A stretch of DNA of 64,000 bases from Marsupella aquatica. Taxonomy: Eukaryota; Plantae; Marchantiophyta. The stretch covers positions 8,048,184 through 8,112,183 of the forward strand of contig OZ316895.1 of NCBI GenBank assembly GCA_973895155.1, read 5' to 3'. Below, piece after piece: positions 36,301 through 50,500 of this stretch (positions are counted from its first letter, which is position 1; each line of letters starts with the position of its first letter). The notes below the pieces were generated by a model, which was not told the DNA's origin, ran no database searches, and saw only the letters and a program-made list of their open reading frames with translations. Both the position numbers and the translations under genes were made by a program.

Positions 36301-39300
36301 GCCTCCACGGCTTCAGGAACCAGATCGGGATCCTCTGGAGCCTTCGGCACTGGTTCGTCCCTCCCATAGACCTCTTGAAGATGGACTAATTGCGAGTAAG
36401 CACCATCTGGTGTACGAATGAGCTCATCGTGTGTTCCTGCAAAACCAACGAGATGATCACCTTCTGTCAACAGATTTCTCGACGTTTCCATTCAGAGCAG
36501 ACAAACCAAAATTGAGTGCTCGGCTCGAAATGGTCTACCGTGCAATGTGTGAGCTAAAGAAGTTGACCTGTTTCAACTATTACACCACGTTGAATTACAG
36601 CTATCATGTCTGCATTTCTGATAGTCGTCAGCCTGTGCGCTACAACCACAGTGGTTCGGTCTGTCATGACTCTCTCCAGAGCATCTTGGACCACACGCTC
36701 GGACTCGGCATCCAATGCACTCGTAGCCTCGTCCAATAGAAGAATACGAGGGTTCTTCAGGATGGCTCGAGCAATCGCCACACGTTGCTTCTGGCCACCC
36801 GAGAGCTGAATTCCACGCTCCCCGACCAGTGTTTCATACCCCTGGGATATTCACGACCCAAAAAGTAAACGTCATTGACATGCTCGACGGTTTCTAAAGC
36901 ACTCCACTCCCATTTCAATGACAAATCAGGATCCTGTGTTTGCAACCATACCAAAATTTGAAATTGAGAATTGAGATCCTCGTACACTTGGGTAAGACAC
37001 TCCTACGATTCACAAGGATTTGCATTACGACTTAACGATCAAAATTAACCCTTTGCGCAATTTCTGACAAGAATGCATTAAGACCCTGCTGTTCAGTTTG
37101 AGGGAGACAACCCATATCAATAGGCCTCACCGTATGAATTCTTGAGATGAACTTAGAGGCATTAGCAAGTACCGCCGCATTCTTAATTTCCTCCAGACTT
37201 GCATTTTCCTTACCATATGCAATATTCTCTCTAACAGATGTGCTGAATAAAACAGGCTCCTGGCTCACGAGGCCTATTTGTTGGCGCAGCCATTTCAACT
37301 GAATCGTCTTGATATCCACGCCATCGAACAGCACTAACCCAGATTCTGGGTCATAAAACCTCTCTATTAAGCTCACAACTGTAGATTTCCCACTCCCACT
37401 CTCACCTACGAGAGCCACTGTCTTGCCTGCTGGAATGGATAGAGAGAACTTGGAAAAGACAAGTACGTCTGGCCGCGTTGGGTAGCGGAAGTCTACTTCT
37501 CGGAGCTCAACATCTCCTTTGACCTTTTCGGGAACTAATCCACTCTCATCAGAGACATCGATCACAGGAACTCTTGTTATGACTTCGAATATCGTGTAGG
37601 CTGCCCCTTTACCAGCTGCAACTGCAGTCAAAGATGGAGAAGCCTGACCCAATGCCCTGAGTGAACACAAAGAAGGGTTTTGAGCACGTGCTTATTTGAG
37701 AAAATCTGTCTTGATTTTAGATTTAAAAATCATAAGGCAGACCGAGCTACAGTAAATACGCTCCCTTCTTCGATATGTGTAGCATCTCGAACGAGTATCT
37801 TGAGTTACCAAAACCTTTCTTTGAGAACAGTTCAGATTCTCTAAATTGGAACAGAATCCTCGAGAACTTCATTTTACAATGGTTCTGCAAAACATTCCAA
37901 GGAACAAAATATGCTGAGAAGAGGTCAAGAGCCAACCACTGACTGTCTACTCGGCATTCATCAGCCATGAAACAAGAAGGGTGCAGGTTTTCTTACATGG
38001 CTCCAGTCAATACTGCAAATATCACGTTGATGACTTGGCCTCCGTTTAGACTTCCGTTGAGAACAAGCTTCGATCCATACCAAAGAGCTAGCGAATAAGA
38101 TGCGAACAGAACGCCAATGAGGAACCCAAAACCCAACCCGCCAGCGAGGCCCTCCCACATGCCTGCCTTCTCTGCCCTCTGCAAATTGTCGTCGTAGTCT
38201 TGGGCTGTCTTTTTCTCCCCTGTGTAGGATGCAACCTGCAATACGATTGAGAGGCGCAACTCCGTTATCACACGAGCCGGCTGGTATTGGTAGAAGACGA
38301 GAGCAGGAGAGTGGGGATTTTGAAAGTTAGCAAATACTCCAGCAGAACGGTGCGAGCTGAACACTAGTCCAGAACCATGTCAATGATGCAACATGCTGCC
38401 TTAAACCACATAGCTTGAAACTAAGACACCTCAGCAATTGGTTTCGCAAATATGAATAATAAAGGCAAGTTTGAGTGTCATTGTTGCACTGAAGAGATAG
38501 GTCATGACATTTCAGGATCAGCGTCGCAGCACAGAAAAAACTGCTCAAAACAACTTCGCGATAATTTGATTCAACCCACCGTTCTGATGGCACCGATCGC
38601 TTGCTCCACTACGGCACCAGCCGAAGCATAGGCAGTTTGCGACATATTTGTGGTTTTCGAGATGAAAATGGCCATTATGCCACCAGAGATGACTAAAATA
38701 GGCATTACTGCCATTAATACCAGGGTAAGCTTCCAGCTCCTGATGAAGGCCACTACGAAGCCACCAACGAAGGCTGCAAGGAGCTGAATAAATTTTCCCA
38801 CCTGTGGAAAGAGTAGCACAAGTTTACGAAAGTTTCACATGGAAATTAAAAAGATGTACAACGAGCAGTGAACAATTGTTGGCCCTTCTTCAAGCTTCGG
38901 GGAAAACCTATCGCTATAGGCTAACACGCGATCAAATACGTTTTTCATCACATAGCAAACTTCCGGGCCACCATCTCAATGTGTTGTAAAAAATACAAGA
39001 CAAAAGGAAGCAGACTGGATTTAAGACCTTTTCCCCTAAGGCCTCCCGGATGACAACAGTATCTCCAGACATTCTTGTTATGACCTCTCCGGTTGATGTG
39101 TCTGTGTCGAAGAAAGAGATATCTTGTCGCAAAATTGCTCTCAAATACTTACGCCTAATTCGAGCAGCCTGTCTCTCTCCTGCTATTGTCCAACAAGCCA
39201 CCTCTGCAATACAGAATCAACCCCAAAAAGCTAATCTTAGCAATCGCATCAATCGCATCAACTATTGGACTGCATGCTGTAAGAGATTTTGAATTCAATT

Positions 39301-40297
39301 CATAAGACGCAGACACCGAGGGTATCGAAGACGTGCTTTGTTTCTGACATTCTGCACACCTTCCTATAGTTGAAAAAGTAGCACCTGCTTTGTTGAGCTG
39401 GTGGCGTGGGTCCTCTTTGAAATCATTCTCAGGATTTTTCTGAGCTTCTCTATTATTTGGTTTTGGGGTTGAGCAGTGCTTCTTTTACGAGTTACAAATT
39501 TTATACAAACAAAGAATAGGTAAATTCAACACATTTTCGTTCCAGGAGAGACAATTCTGAGATATAACACACCCAAGTACGCTGCGACTCCGGCCCCAAT
39601 TCCCAGATATACAAAATTTAACACCACCTGCGCATTTGTTCCACAAGTGATTTTTAGACCTACATAAAACCCCAGTGACCTGTTGAAACGTGAGCCGGTA
39701 GAATTGACAAGAAAGTAAGTATAAGAGGGAACTGCCGCCGGCCAACCGATTATTTGAGATGTACGAGCCAGCTTCAAACTGTCGCAAATAATCATAGATC
39801 AGCAGAAACTACAGGGAAGTCATGCGGATTGGAACAGATGAACACACCTTGTTAACTTCGTGGACCAATCGATGAGTACTGGTAGCGTAATTCTGGCCAA
39901 ATGCGTTGATGAGGTCTCCGAACAGAAAAGTCATAAGAGGTTCTGAGAGCCCGGCGCCAATCGCACCTATCGATCCCACGATCATGAGCAATACATCTGT
40001 CCCGTCTGCAAATCCGAAAAGCTTCAGCAGTGATACAGTTTGAATCGTCTCTTTCTTCCTTTTACGTTCCAATTCCGATGTAGAGTCCTTCGCATCATCA
40101 TCATCACGTTTGTCTCCGGGGGCAGCAAGAACTTCAGGGTCTCCTCTGTTACCACGACTACTCTCCCCAACATGTTCGATGCCTGTGGCCACAGACCTTC
40201 CCGGTGTCTTGTCTGGAGATGCATTGAAGATTCTATCCTCAGAAGTGGTGGGATAGACTGCTGAAGTCGGAAGCCCCCCACCCGCTGGATCCGCCAT
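33384..40297 (-). CDS. Full-size ABCB (MDR/P-glycoprotein) transporter, ABCB4/11/21-like, copy A, multi-exon
   Basis: KLFGFAD..D..LMIVG; two TMDs; two NBDs with [16 protein letters not shown] and [12 protein letters not shown]. The splice sites I checked join in frame (40297-39848, 39627-39573, 39203-39028, 38801-38580). Confidence 0.95.
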
Positions 40298-41763
40298 TTA
40301 GGAACAAAGTGAGGAAAGAAAGATCAAACGCCCCAAAACCTCTTTGCTCCTCCTTTCAAATCCGAACCTCAACTTGAGTTATCGATAGAGTTACGGAGAC
40401 ATAAGGTACTAATACTGGAGAATGGTGGAAAAAACGAATTTCCACAAGAAATCCCGCCGGTCTTGAAGCAGCTCAAGCCCTACAACAGAACCTCAGCTCG
40501 TGAGAAAGCTTTTGCGCAGCTTACATCGAGCAATTACTGACGTCACCACATCTCGTATTCGGTATTTTCATTTTGAATTCAAGGTGTCGACCTTCTTGAG
40601 ACATCCGGACACAAAACTGCCAAAAAGTCTATTACAGACTCTGAATCAGAAACGGACTTTAAATCTTTCACCAAAAAAAAAACCATAAGAATGCTCGAAT
40701 CTGTTAAGCCACTTGAACCATGACGAAACTCGAAGAAAATAATAACAAACTGTACCACAAACGGAGTCAACGGAATGGAGCAAAAGAACATTTCAGACAG
40801 TCTTCCTTGATAGTCAGAGCGATAAACTTAAAATTCATCATACCGACATAAACTACTCGTTGAATGAACCAATTCAAATGTTGGGCATTCCCGGAACTCA
40901 TTTCGCCACCATTACAATCCACGTAAACTTACAGTCCATCTTCTCCACCTCAAATTGACTTCCACGCACGAACAGAGAAACACTACGAAAGAAATTCAAA
41001 TTTCAGGCATTCAAGAACTCATTCGCCACCATTACCCCCACCGCGAGTTTCAACCACGTTGGCTGTAGTCTGCTCAGAGCAGCACAACAACGACTGCAAA
41101 ATTCTTCTCAATCTCTTCGTTGGCGGTATTTAGAAGCAGCTTGCAATCCGCGGCATTGGAATCTCCTGCTTTGAAATGAAAACTTTACTGAGCAATCTGG
41201 AGGCCGAAGGTAGCACCAAATGTACGGGAACCAACAACACGAATGGTGATTCAACCGTGTCCGGGGAAGGAGTAATGTACGATGCTTGATCCAGCCCATT
41301 CAAATGCTCGATCACAGGATTTCGAATGCGCAGCGGGAGAGAAATGGGATCTTGAAGTCTACCGATCCCATTCCCTGCTGTTCAGAGCAGACGCGATCCT
41401 GTATCACTGAAGAACAGGATTGCGGGCTCGAATTTCGGGATCCGTGCGACAGAAGACACAGTATTTTCAAAGTTTTGCTAGAAAGATAGAGAGAATATGC
41501 CAGATTCACAAGACAAGAGAGTTTCTTGAGGGAGAGCAAATGTCGTGGCGAAATTGCGTGTCGGGAGCTGGCCTTTATGTGACTGTAGTAGTAGTGGTGT
41601 GGGACCAACTTCTGCAGTGAAAACGGAAGACCGTCTACAATTATCCATGCGCCTTCGGTTTAGATTTCTTGCAGCGGACGTCAACGTTATTCTTGAACTA
41701 CATGTTGACGTCCACCATACGCAGTTGACCTGTGTCGCTCTTTGTGCACTCAAGTCTTCACTC

Positions 41764-42125
41764 GGACTAGGGTGGCTTTACAAGAGATTAGGGGCAGTTT
41801 CCACTTATTTTTTGTCCCCCTCTATCTGATCGGGGCCATTTATTTGGGCGGTTCACTTTTCAGTTGGAATGGACTAGGGTGGTTTTACAAGAGGCTGGGG
41901 CAGTTTCCACTTATATTTGTCCCCCTAGATCTGATCGGGGCCATCCATTTGGGAGAAACTGTTGTTGCTGTTCACTTTACAAAACTTCACTTTTCAGTTG
42001 GAATGGACTTGGGTGGTGTTACAAGAGGTTGGGGGCAGTTTCCACTTATTTTTTGTCCCAAAGATCTGATGGGGGGCATCCATTTGGGAGAAGTGATGCT
42101 GTTCACTTTACAAAATGTTGGGAGC
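41764..42125 (+). repeat. ~110-135-bp imperfect tandem repeat x3
   Basis: GGACTwGGGTGG..TTACAAGAG..GGGGCAGTTTCCACTTAT..TGTCCC at ~41764, ~41871 and ~42006. Confidence 0.85.
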
Positions 42126-44589
42126 ACTTTCAACCAAACCTAACCTATTACGTATCCTACATGGAATGGAGTGGGGCCCAACAATTGCTTATGTGGAGCA
42201 CTTTAGTCCCAGGTGCAAGCTCTCAGACAAGAGAAGTGTAGGGCAAAAGAATGTCAAGCATAGCATTAATTAGTGAAAGACCACCTCTCTTGGAGGTCTC
42301 TTCTTCTGGTCCATTAAAAAGCGACCCACAAGTCCTTCATAACATCTTCTCTTGTCACATCAGATTATCAGAAAGACTCTAGCCAAAGAAAAGGTGACAT
42401 TTAGCTCGAGTGGGTCCTCAATCTGTCTTTTAGCAAATTAATCTAGCATCGCTGGCTGCATTTCACTTTACAAGACCTTGGGGGCCATAAAAGGATTCCA
42501 AAAATGCTTTTAGCCCTGGGGCAATATATTTAGTGTGTGCAATGGCCTTCCAGTTTGCTTTGGTGAAAAAACCTCTCAAGTTCCCCCAAGGTCTTGTAAA
42601 GTCCTCATGAGTTCCACCATTTATGTTGAAGGCTCCACTTTTATGGAGTACCTCTCATTGTACACTCACTCTTCAAGTTCACTTGGAATGGACTTGAGTT
42701 CCACTTTTATGTTGAGGGCTCCACTTTTATGGTGAGTGGAGTTTTCAGCTGATGGGCAAGAATGAGCAATAGCCAACAGAGAATGGGGGTCTCTCATGGG
42801 CCGGTTTTGCTGCTTTGTCTGTATTTTGATTCTCAAATCCATGGCCATGGCTTGACTGGTTAGCTCACTCTCAACTGTACCCTAAACCAGGGCTTGTTTG
42901 AGTTTGAGGAAATCTCTACCAGATTCTTTTGACTGGAATCACTCAAACAAGGATTCCTTGTTGGCAAATGGAATCATTGAAAACCACTCTAAGCTTGCAA
43001 GTCTCCTGAGACAAACAAGAACAATAAATACCATAATTTAGGTTGGGGAGATATATGATTTGCCAAGATAAAGTGTATCAATGAAAGCCAAGCCAAGCAG
43101 ATAGAAAGATCACATACATCATGTTCCAACAACAAAAGCTCAGGTTAGTAAGTTGCTGAACTTCACGGACAGCAAGTTATGCAAGTCTCCCTAAATCATC
43201 CGCTAGTAGCTTCCATTTGTAACACACACAGATCTTGTGGTACACTAATCTCTGAGACGAGAATATAATCCATCATTGAATTCCCTGTTTTAGGAAACTA
43301 TGGTCGCTCCCCTGCCCATGAGTTTACTGCTGGCGGGTCTTGTACTGTGTCTGTGATAGTGCTAAGCACATTGCACGGGCAAGAGGAGTTCAAAATTGTG
43401 AAGAAACTCACTCGTGTTTTTCTCACCCACTGCGAGAGGGGGCATATTTATGACTTACAAAAATCTATATTTTATCAATTAATCCAAAGGGAGCCATTGG
43501 TATCACACCTCTCTGCAATAGCCAAGGCCCAGGTTTGTACTTCACCAACACATTCAACAACAGTTGCACAATAACACTCTTTTATCATCACCAAACAAAG
43601 AGCAGTGAATGTTTTGACGTCTATGTCTGCTAAGCAGATTTTGAGACTGAGGGAAGCAGTGGTGTTCATTAAACCTAAGCTGGTTTATGCCAGGGAGAAT
43701 GGGGAATTTGTCGAGTGACGCCTTCAAAATCAGCGTACAAAATGTTCTCTGTGATGTAATAATGTCATTGACTTGGCAAATAAATGCTCTTATTAAAAAG
43801 GTCAAGGATGAGGATCACCAATGCAGGTGAGAGGCAGCATTGCGTGCCTAGCTAGCCGGGCAGACTGGTATCTCAGACTTTGTCTCGTAGTTCAAAGGGG
43901 ACTCTTTGCCAGGAATGGATGTGAGCGGCCTGTCAATGCTTTTTTATCTTTCTCATGGTCCAGTTCAAAGGGAATAATTCCATTACTGCCGCATGAAGGA
44001 AAACCGGGAATCAGGCTGACAGGTAACTCTTATAGATGTGAGCTTTGAGCCCAGTTTTCCTTCGGAAGCCTAGAGGAAATATGGAGTTTTTATTTGTGTT
44101 CGTTAAAAAGGAAATGATTGAAACCTTGCTGCTAGAGTCATTCAAGTGTCATCCTTGATTCAATCCATAGCAAGGCAATATGGTAAGATGTGATTCAATC
44201 TGGAGACTAATAGAAACCAAATCAGGTACAGATATAAATATTTGTCAATCTCTTCTTGCTCAGAATGACAGATGCATGCACCCAAGTTCAATTTATCAAT
44301 GCAGACATAACACATCATTATTGTGTGTTGCAAACCCTAGAACTTTGAGTTTTCGGCTTGTCCTTGTCCTTATTAAGCAAGCGAACTAAAGTGCAATGTC
44401 AAAGTGTACTGAATTTGATTATATTGTATGATTGTGTTTTGTATACTCCTTCACACTCCTTGTTTGGCTTGCATTGACAAAATCGTTTGCTATGATGGTT
44501 AATTCCCTTTCCAAAGAGTAGTACCGAAGAGCAGTGAGCAGTGCCTGTCATACGGCAATGTACCAGCTATGCTCCCAACGTCGCTTGAG

Positions 44590-47500
44590 CTCTTCGATAG
44601 CACGATCATCACTCCAATCTGGCGTGGCGAGGTTACGAAACAGAGAAGGTTTGGTTGCTCACTCTACTTTCTCTATTGGTAGTGCATTTGATGCCATCTC
44701 TCCTCTATGATACAACCGTCTTGGGGTATCTTATGACAACCAGCACTACGGCACAATTTTCTACGCTTTGTTGTAGAGGAAGATTTTCTTGCTCTTCTTG
44801 ATACTGACAACCATTTGGTGGGAAGAATTGCAGTGATATTTCGAGCCCGTGATACACATTAAAGTAAATCCTGTCTAAATTGACACACGTTTTATCAGAT
44901 CCACATTCAATTTCCTACTATTTTGGTTCAATAAGGACAGTGGTTCTAACCTCCAACTCTCAGTTTATTACTCGTTTCTGTCTAAAGACCCGGCTCTGCA
45001 CAACAGAGCATTCATCTAAGGTGCAGGGGGGATTTGTGCTTTTAATTGCCTGACTTTCAGCTTAGGTTGGCGCAGCCCTCGAAATGCTTCATTGTACCCT
45101 CAACGCTATATCATTGCACGGATAACGATACTTGGAGAGAGGGAAAGCCCTCACATTGGACCGAAAGGAGTTGTGCTCCCAACGTTCATATTTGGGTTCG
45201 CAACCTTGACAATCTATCAAAGAGGGTTGCTTTTCAGGGAAGAGACCAAATGTCAGGAATTTTGGACGAGGGTCACTAAACTGGATGACAGAATGTGAAG
45301 CTGGCGCTGGCATTCAATTCGTTGCACGTTTCGCTCTGACCATCAATCAGTCTCAGTTCTGCCTGCACATAACCCACGTTTGTCTAAATTGGCCGCGTAA
45401 TAATCACTCATGCCCAGTCTATAGCTGCCTGGTAAGACGCCCGCATGGACTCAAACTAAATCCTCTTCGCAGCAAAACGAAATCATTTTCTCAAGATGTT
45501 GAATGTGTTGGGCGGTAGTCATCACTCATGTAGCTCAAGAGGAAGAACTCATACCTCAGAGTACGCTCCGAGCTTTCGGTTGGACTAACTGATCCGTAAC
45601 CTCTGTCAAATCGGAATCAGTAGAACCCATCTGAGGAGTACAGCTTCCACTTTCAATCGGATGTGCGACTAACATCTGATACAAGCATCCATTAATCAGC
45701 CATGAGTGAAAAGAAGACGGGAATCTCATCAAATCAAGAAATCAGAGCCACGAATAATTCCAAGAAGTGGGACCGCACCACTGTGGAAGGGAAAGTAAAA
45801 ATGACACGGCTCAATAGTGTCCTTTTAAAAGCCCGATCACGAACAGGTAGAACTGTATATCCTCATAATAATCCATTACAGAGCTACTGCATAAACATTT
45901 CAATGGAAGCGAAAAATAGCGAAAGCCTACGCAGATGCAGCTACGAGAGGTAAGTTGCAAGACCAACGATGCTCGCTAACAAACAGCAGTAGGTCATAAG
46001 AGGCGGAAGAGTAGCCAGTGGCTGAGGATGAATGGGTCATTCCGCATACCAGTTCCTATCAAGTCATCCCCAGGACTCAATTTCAGCCACGTTAGGAATA
46101 TAGCAGGAGAAAGTGTAAAACCGGAACACTGTGCTGCTCACACCCAACATTCATGCCACCTGTGCATGGGCATGAAATCTATAGCGGGTGCCCCGGTTCT
46201 TCACGATACAAAGGAGATCAGGGTGGGGATCTCATTACGATTTCTCCTGATCCCATGGGATGGAGCCGAGACAATCTAATGTGTCAAAATTGGGATCCCA
46301 ATTATCTCGCACTTTTAGCTCCCGGCAGAAATTACTATCAAGACATCACGATTTCCTTTAGTGCCCCAGAATCCAAACCTCTTCTCAATTGCCGTTTTGC
46401 TCGTAAGGGGATGGAAATGAGGACTAGTCCTATTCAAACGGGTGCTAAAAGTTATGACGTAGAGGTGTGGAGTTTCACTAAGGATGCATATGCTCCATCA
46501 GCCTTCGCAATTAGGGCGTCGTGATTTCCTTGTTCTATTATGGCACCATCTTTAACCACCGCGATTATATCAGCGTTTCTCACAGTTGATAGGCGATGGG
46601 CGACCACAACAGTGGTCCGGTGAACCATGATCCGATTCAAGGCCTCTTGCAGTACATGCTCGGACTCCGCATCTAATGCACTTGTAGCCTCATCCAGCAG
46701 TAGAATCTTTGGATCTTTTAATATAGCTCTGGCGATGGCTACTCTTTGCTTTTGACCTCCTGAAAGCTGCGTACCCCTTTCGCCCACTCGCGTTTTGTAT
46801 CCTTCTGGCAACGCAGAAATGAACTTATGGGCATTTGCTGCCTCGGCAGCTGCTTGAATCTCTGCCTGCGTGATCTTGCCTTCTTGTCCATAGATGATGT
46901 TCCAATAGACATTCTCATCGAAAAGAACAGGCTCTTGACTCACCAGACCAATTTGCTGCCTAAGCCATTTCAATTGCAGCTTCTGAATTTCCACTCCATC
47001 TACTAAGATCAGCCCGGACTGTGGGTCATAGAACCGCTCGATCAGAGAGATGACTGTAGACTTCCCACTCCCGCTTTCGCCCACGAGCGCTAAAGTCTGA
47101 TGAGGACAACGCCAGCACCTCCAGTCAGTCTCAGTAAAATAGGCAACGAATACATAGGTGATATCCCAGCTTAGAGATGATGGACAGTAAGTGCACTTCA
47201 GGCTTACGAATGTGCCATCCAGAAGGAGTTGTAAATGTATTAAGAGCAAGGCAGGCATGAGCTCAATGGAACGAGGCTATATTCGTGAGCTGATATTGGT
47301 GAGCTGAAACTAGACAATCACGCACTAGGTCACAAAAGACGAATTGACACTAACCTGCCCGGCCTGCACCTTCAGGCAGAGGTCCTGAAAGATTTGAATG
47401 TCCGGCCTCGTGGGGTAGAAGAAGGAGACGTGCTGAAACTCGATATCACCCTTTGCCTGTGTTAAGGTCTTCCCAGACATGTCGCTAGGATCGATCCTCG

Positions 47501-50500
47501 ACTTCCGATCCAATATTGAAAATATGGAATTGACGGAAATCTTGACCTTTCCAATGTCGGGAAAGAGGCTCGACGTCTGCACCGCACCCGTGGCACTCAA
47601 AGTAATTGCGAAAAACACCTGGAACGACACCATCGTCATCATCACTGTTATCACCCAAAAATCACCTATATGAACTTGGAAATGACGTCATTGACGTGGG
47701 TTCTGCTTACCCTAAACCCTGTACAGCTGATGTTTCGAAAACGAGTAAACAAATTTGAGGACTATTGAGGAAGATAGACTCACCCTAAACACCGCTTTGA
47801 AGGTTGTTGTCCCATTTTCCACGAACTTGCCACCTGCCCAGAAACGCAATGCGAAGCTGGAAAACAGAACCAAATTGGAGAACCCAAGGGCAATCCCACT
47901 CACCAACCCCTGTCGAATACCAGTTTTTAAAGGTTTCTTGCACTTCTCGTCGTAGAGATAGCATACTCTTTCCTCGGCAACAAACGATGCCACCGTGCGA
48001 ATGCTGCTGACACCATCGGTGGCGATTCGAGTAGCTTCTTCGTACTTCGCCTGGAACCACATACGAGGAAAGCAAACAAATTCTGCTGGGAACAATAGTT
48101 ACATGGAATTGTATACTCACAACCACAGCATATAAGGAGCTTTCTGTCGCCTGGCTCTCTTCGAATACTGTCGACTCTAAAACGAATTTATGCATTGTTT
48201 CATTCAATCGTTTTTCTTTCACTTCATTTTCCATTGGCACTCTTTGACAGAGGCAATGTAAAAGTTCGGAAAGGGGCAGATATATTCACTCTAAGCTCAG
48301 GTCTAGTAAATCGATAATCGTCAAGGTACACAGCAAGAGCAATTCATAAAACTGCTTTTGTGAAAGGACCAACCTTGGCATCAACGCTGAGACCCATCAT
48401 CCACTGAACTTGTACATAGCTTTGGATACCAAGCAGGGGAACCACAGCAAGGATCACGAATGCCAACTGCCAACTGGCAGTAAAAGCTATGACCAGGCCC
48501 GCGATTATGTTCGACACATTCTGGACCAGCAGAGCGAGGGAATCTCCCACGATCGCGCGCACTGTGGCTGCATCGGTTGACAATCGTGAACTGATTGCAC
48601 CACTGAAACAGAACCGAGACACTATAGTGAGTTTCTTATTTAGTTCAGAACAATCCATTACCACAATTTGAAAGGATATAATCGTTCTCATGCTAGACAA
48701 CTCGTTACCAAAAAATCCACAAAGCCAGACGACGAAGAAAAAGTATAAGCATAAAACCTGGAATTCTGCTCCTCGTCGAACCAGTTTATCTCTTGGCAAA
48801 GAATATTCTCCAATGTCATCCTCCTTACGCGACGAATCAACTTTGATCCAATAATTGCGAAGGTAAATGATTGAATCGGGGTAGCAATTCCAATAAAAAT
48901 TGCCAGTATCACGAACATGAGTGCCCAGAAATCGATGTCTTTCCGTAATTTGTGTGGGGTCTCAAAGAATGCCGTTATAATGCTCGACAGCAAGAGACCA
49001 AAGACAGGGAAAACTAATCCATTCCCTGCAGCTGCACAAAGTCCTACCAGAAACAAAGGAAGTTCTGGCCGGTTGAGCTTAGCAAGTCTGAAAATGGACA
49101 CATTGTTTACCGCCTTCTTGATCCCTGCCTTTTTTCGCACTTCACTTGCATTCTCGAAATCGCCGTCACCTCCAGCCAATAAGTTCCGTGGCTGCGAAAG
49201 TCTGCTTTCCATATCGGGCGCGTCACTGACTTCTTGACTTACGCGCTTTGTGTCAGTGTGCGTCTTGCTGTCCCCTAAACCGCTGCGCCTTGGCGAGAGA
49301 TTTCTAAAACTACCACCGCTGAGCCTTGCCGAGTGACTGCTAAAACTACCACCGTCCAACGTAGAGAGTCCACTCTCCCCTTTCACAATTGGAGCCTCCA
49401 CGACTTCAGGAACCAGATCGGGATCCTCTGGAGCCTCCGGCACTGGTTCGTCCCTCCCGTAGACCTCTTGAAGATGGACTAGTTGCGAGTAAGCACCATT
49501 TGGTTTACGAATCAGCTCATCGTGTGTTCCTGCAAAACCAACGAGATGGTCACCTTCTATCAACAGATTTCTCGACTTTCCATTCAGAGCAGAGAAACCA
49601 AAATTGAATGCTCGGCTCGAAATGGTAAACCGTGCAATGTGTGAGCAAAAGAAGTTGACCTGTTTCAACTATTACACCACGTTGGATTACAGCTATCATG
49701 TCTGCATTCCTGATAGTCGTCAGCCTGTGCGCTACAACCGCAGTGGTTCGGTCTGTCATGACTCTCTCCAGAGCATCTTGGACCACACGCTCGGACTCGG
49801 CATCCAATGCACTCGTAGCCTCGTCCAATAGAAGAATACGAGGGTTCTTCAGGATGGCTCGAGCAATCGCCACACGTTGCTTCTGGCCACCCGAGAGCTG
49901 AATTCCACGCTCCCCGACCAGTGTTTCATATCCCTGGGATATTAACGACCCAAAAAGTAAACGTCATTGACATACTCGACCGTTTATAAAGCACGTACTC
50001 CACTCCCATTTCAATGACAAATCAGGATGCTGCATTGACCTTTTCCTGTGTTAGCGACCATACCAAAATTCGAAAATGCGGATTGAGACTCTCGTTCACT
50101 TTTGTGGGACACTGCTACGATTCAATTGAAAGCTACTCTTACCGTGTGAATTCTTGTGATGAACTTCGAGGCATTAGCAAGTACCGCCGCATTCTTGATT
50201 TCCTCCAGACTTGCATTTTCCTTCCCATATGCAATATTCTCTCTAACAGATGTGCTGAATAAAACAGGCTCCTGGCTCACGAGGCCTATTTGTTGGCGCA
50301 GCCATTTCAACTGAATAGTCTTGATATCCACCCCATCCAGCAGCACTAACCCGGAAACTGGGTCATAAAATCTCTCTATCAAACTCACCACTGTGGATTT
50401 CCCACTCCCACTCTCACCTACGAGAGCCACTGTCTTGCCTGCTGGAATGGATAGAGAGAACTTGGAAAAGACAAGTACGTCTGGCCGCGTTGGGTAGCGG

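Larger units (their letters stand above)
30600..41700. repeat. Segmental tandem duplication, copy A (ABCB gene plus up- and downstream flanks)
   Basis: Collinear with 44590-54860, from CTCCAATCTGGCGTGGC (30628/44612) to GGACGTCAA (~41680/~54855). Confidence 0.9.

Noticed and set aside
42250-44500. Decayed gene or TE between the ABCB duplicates
   Set aside because: Coding-like patches only, with no recognisable motif.
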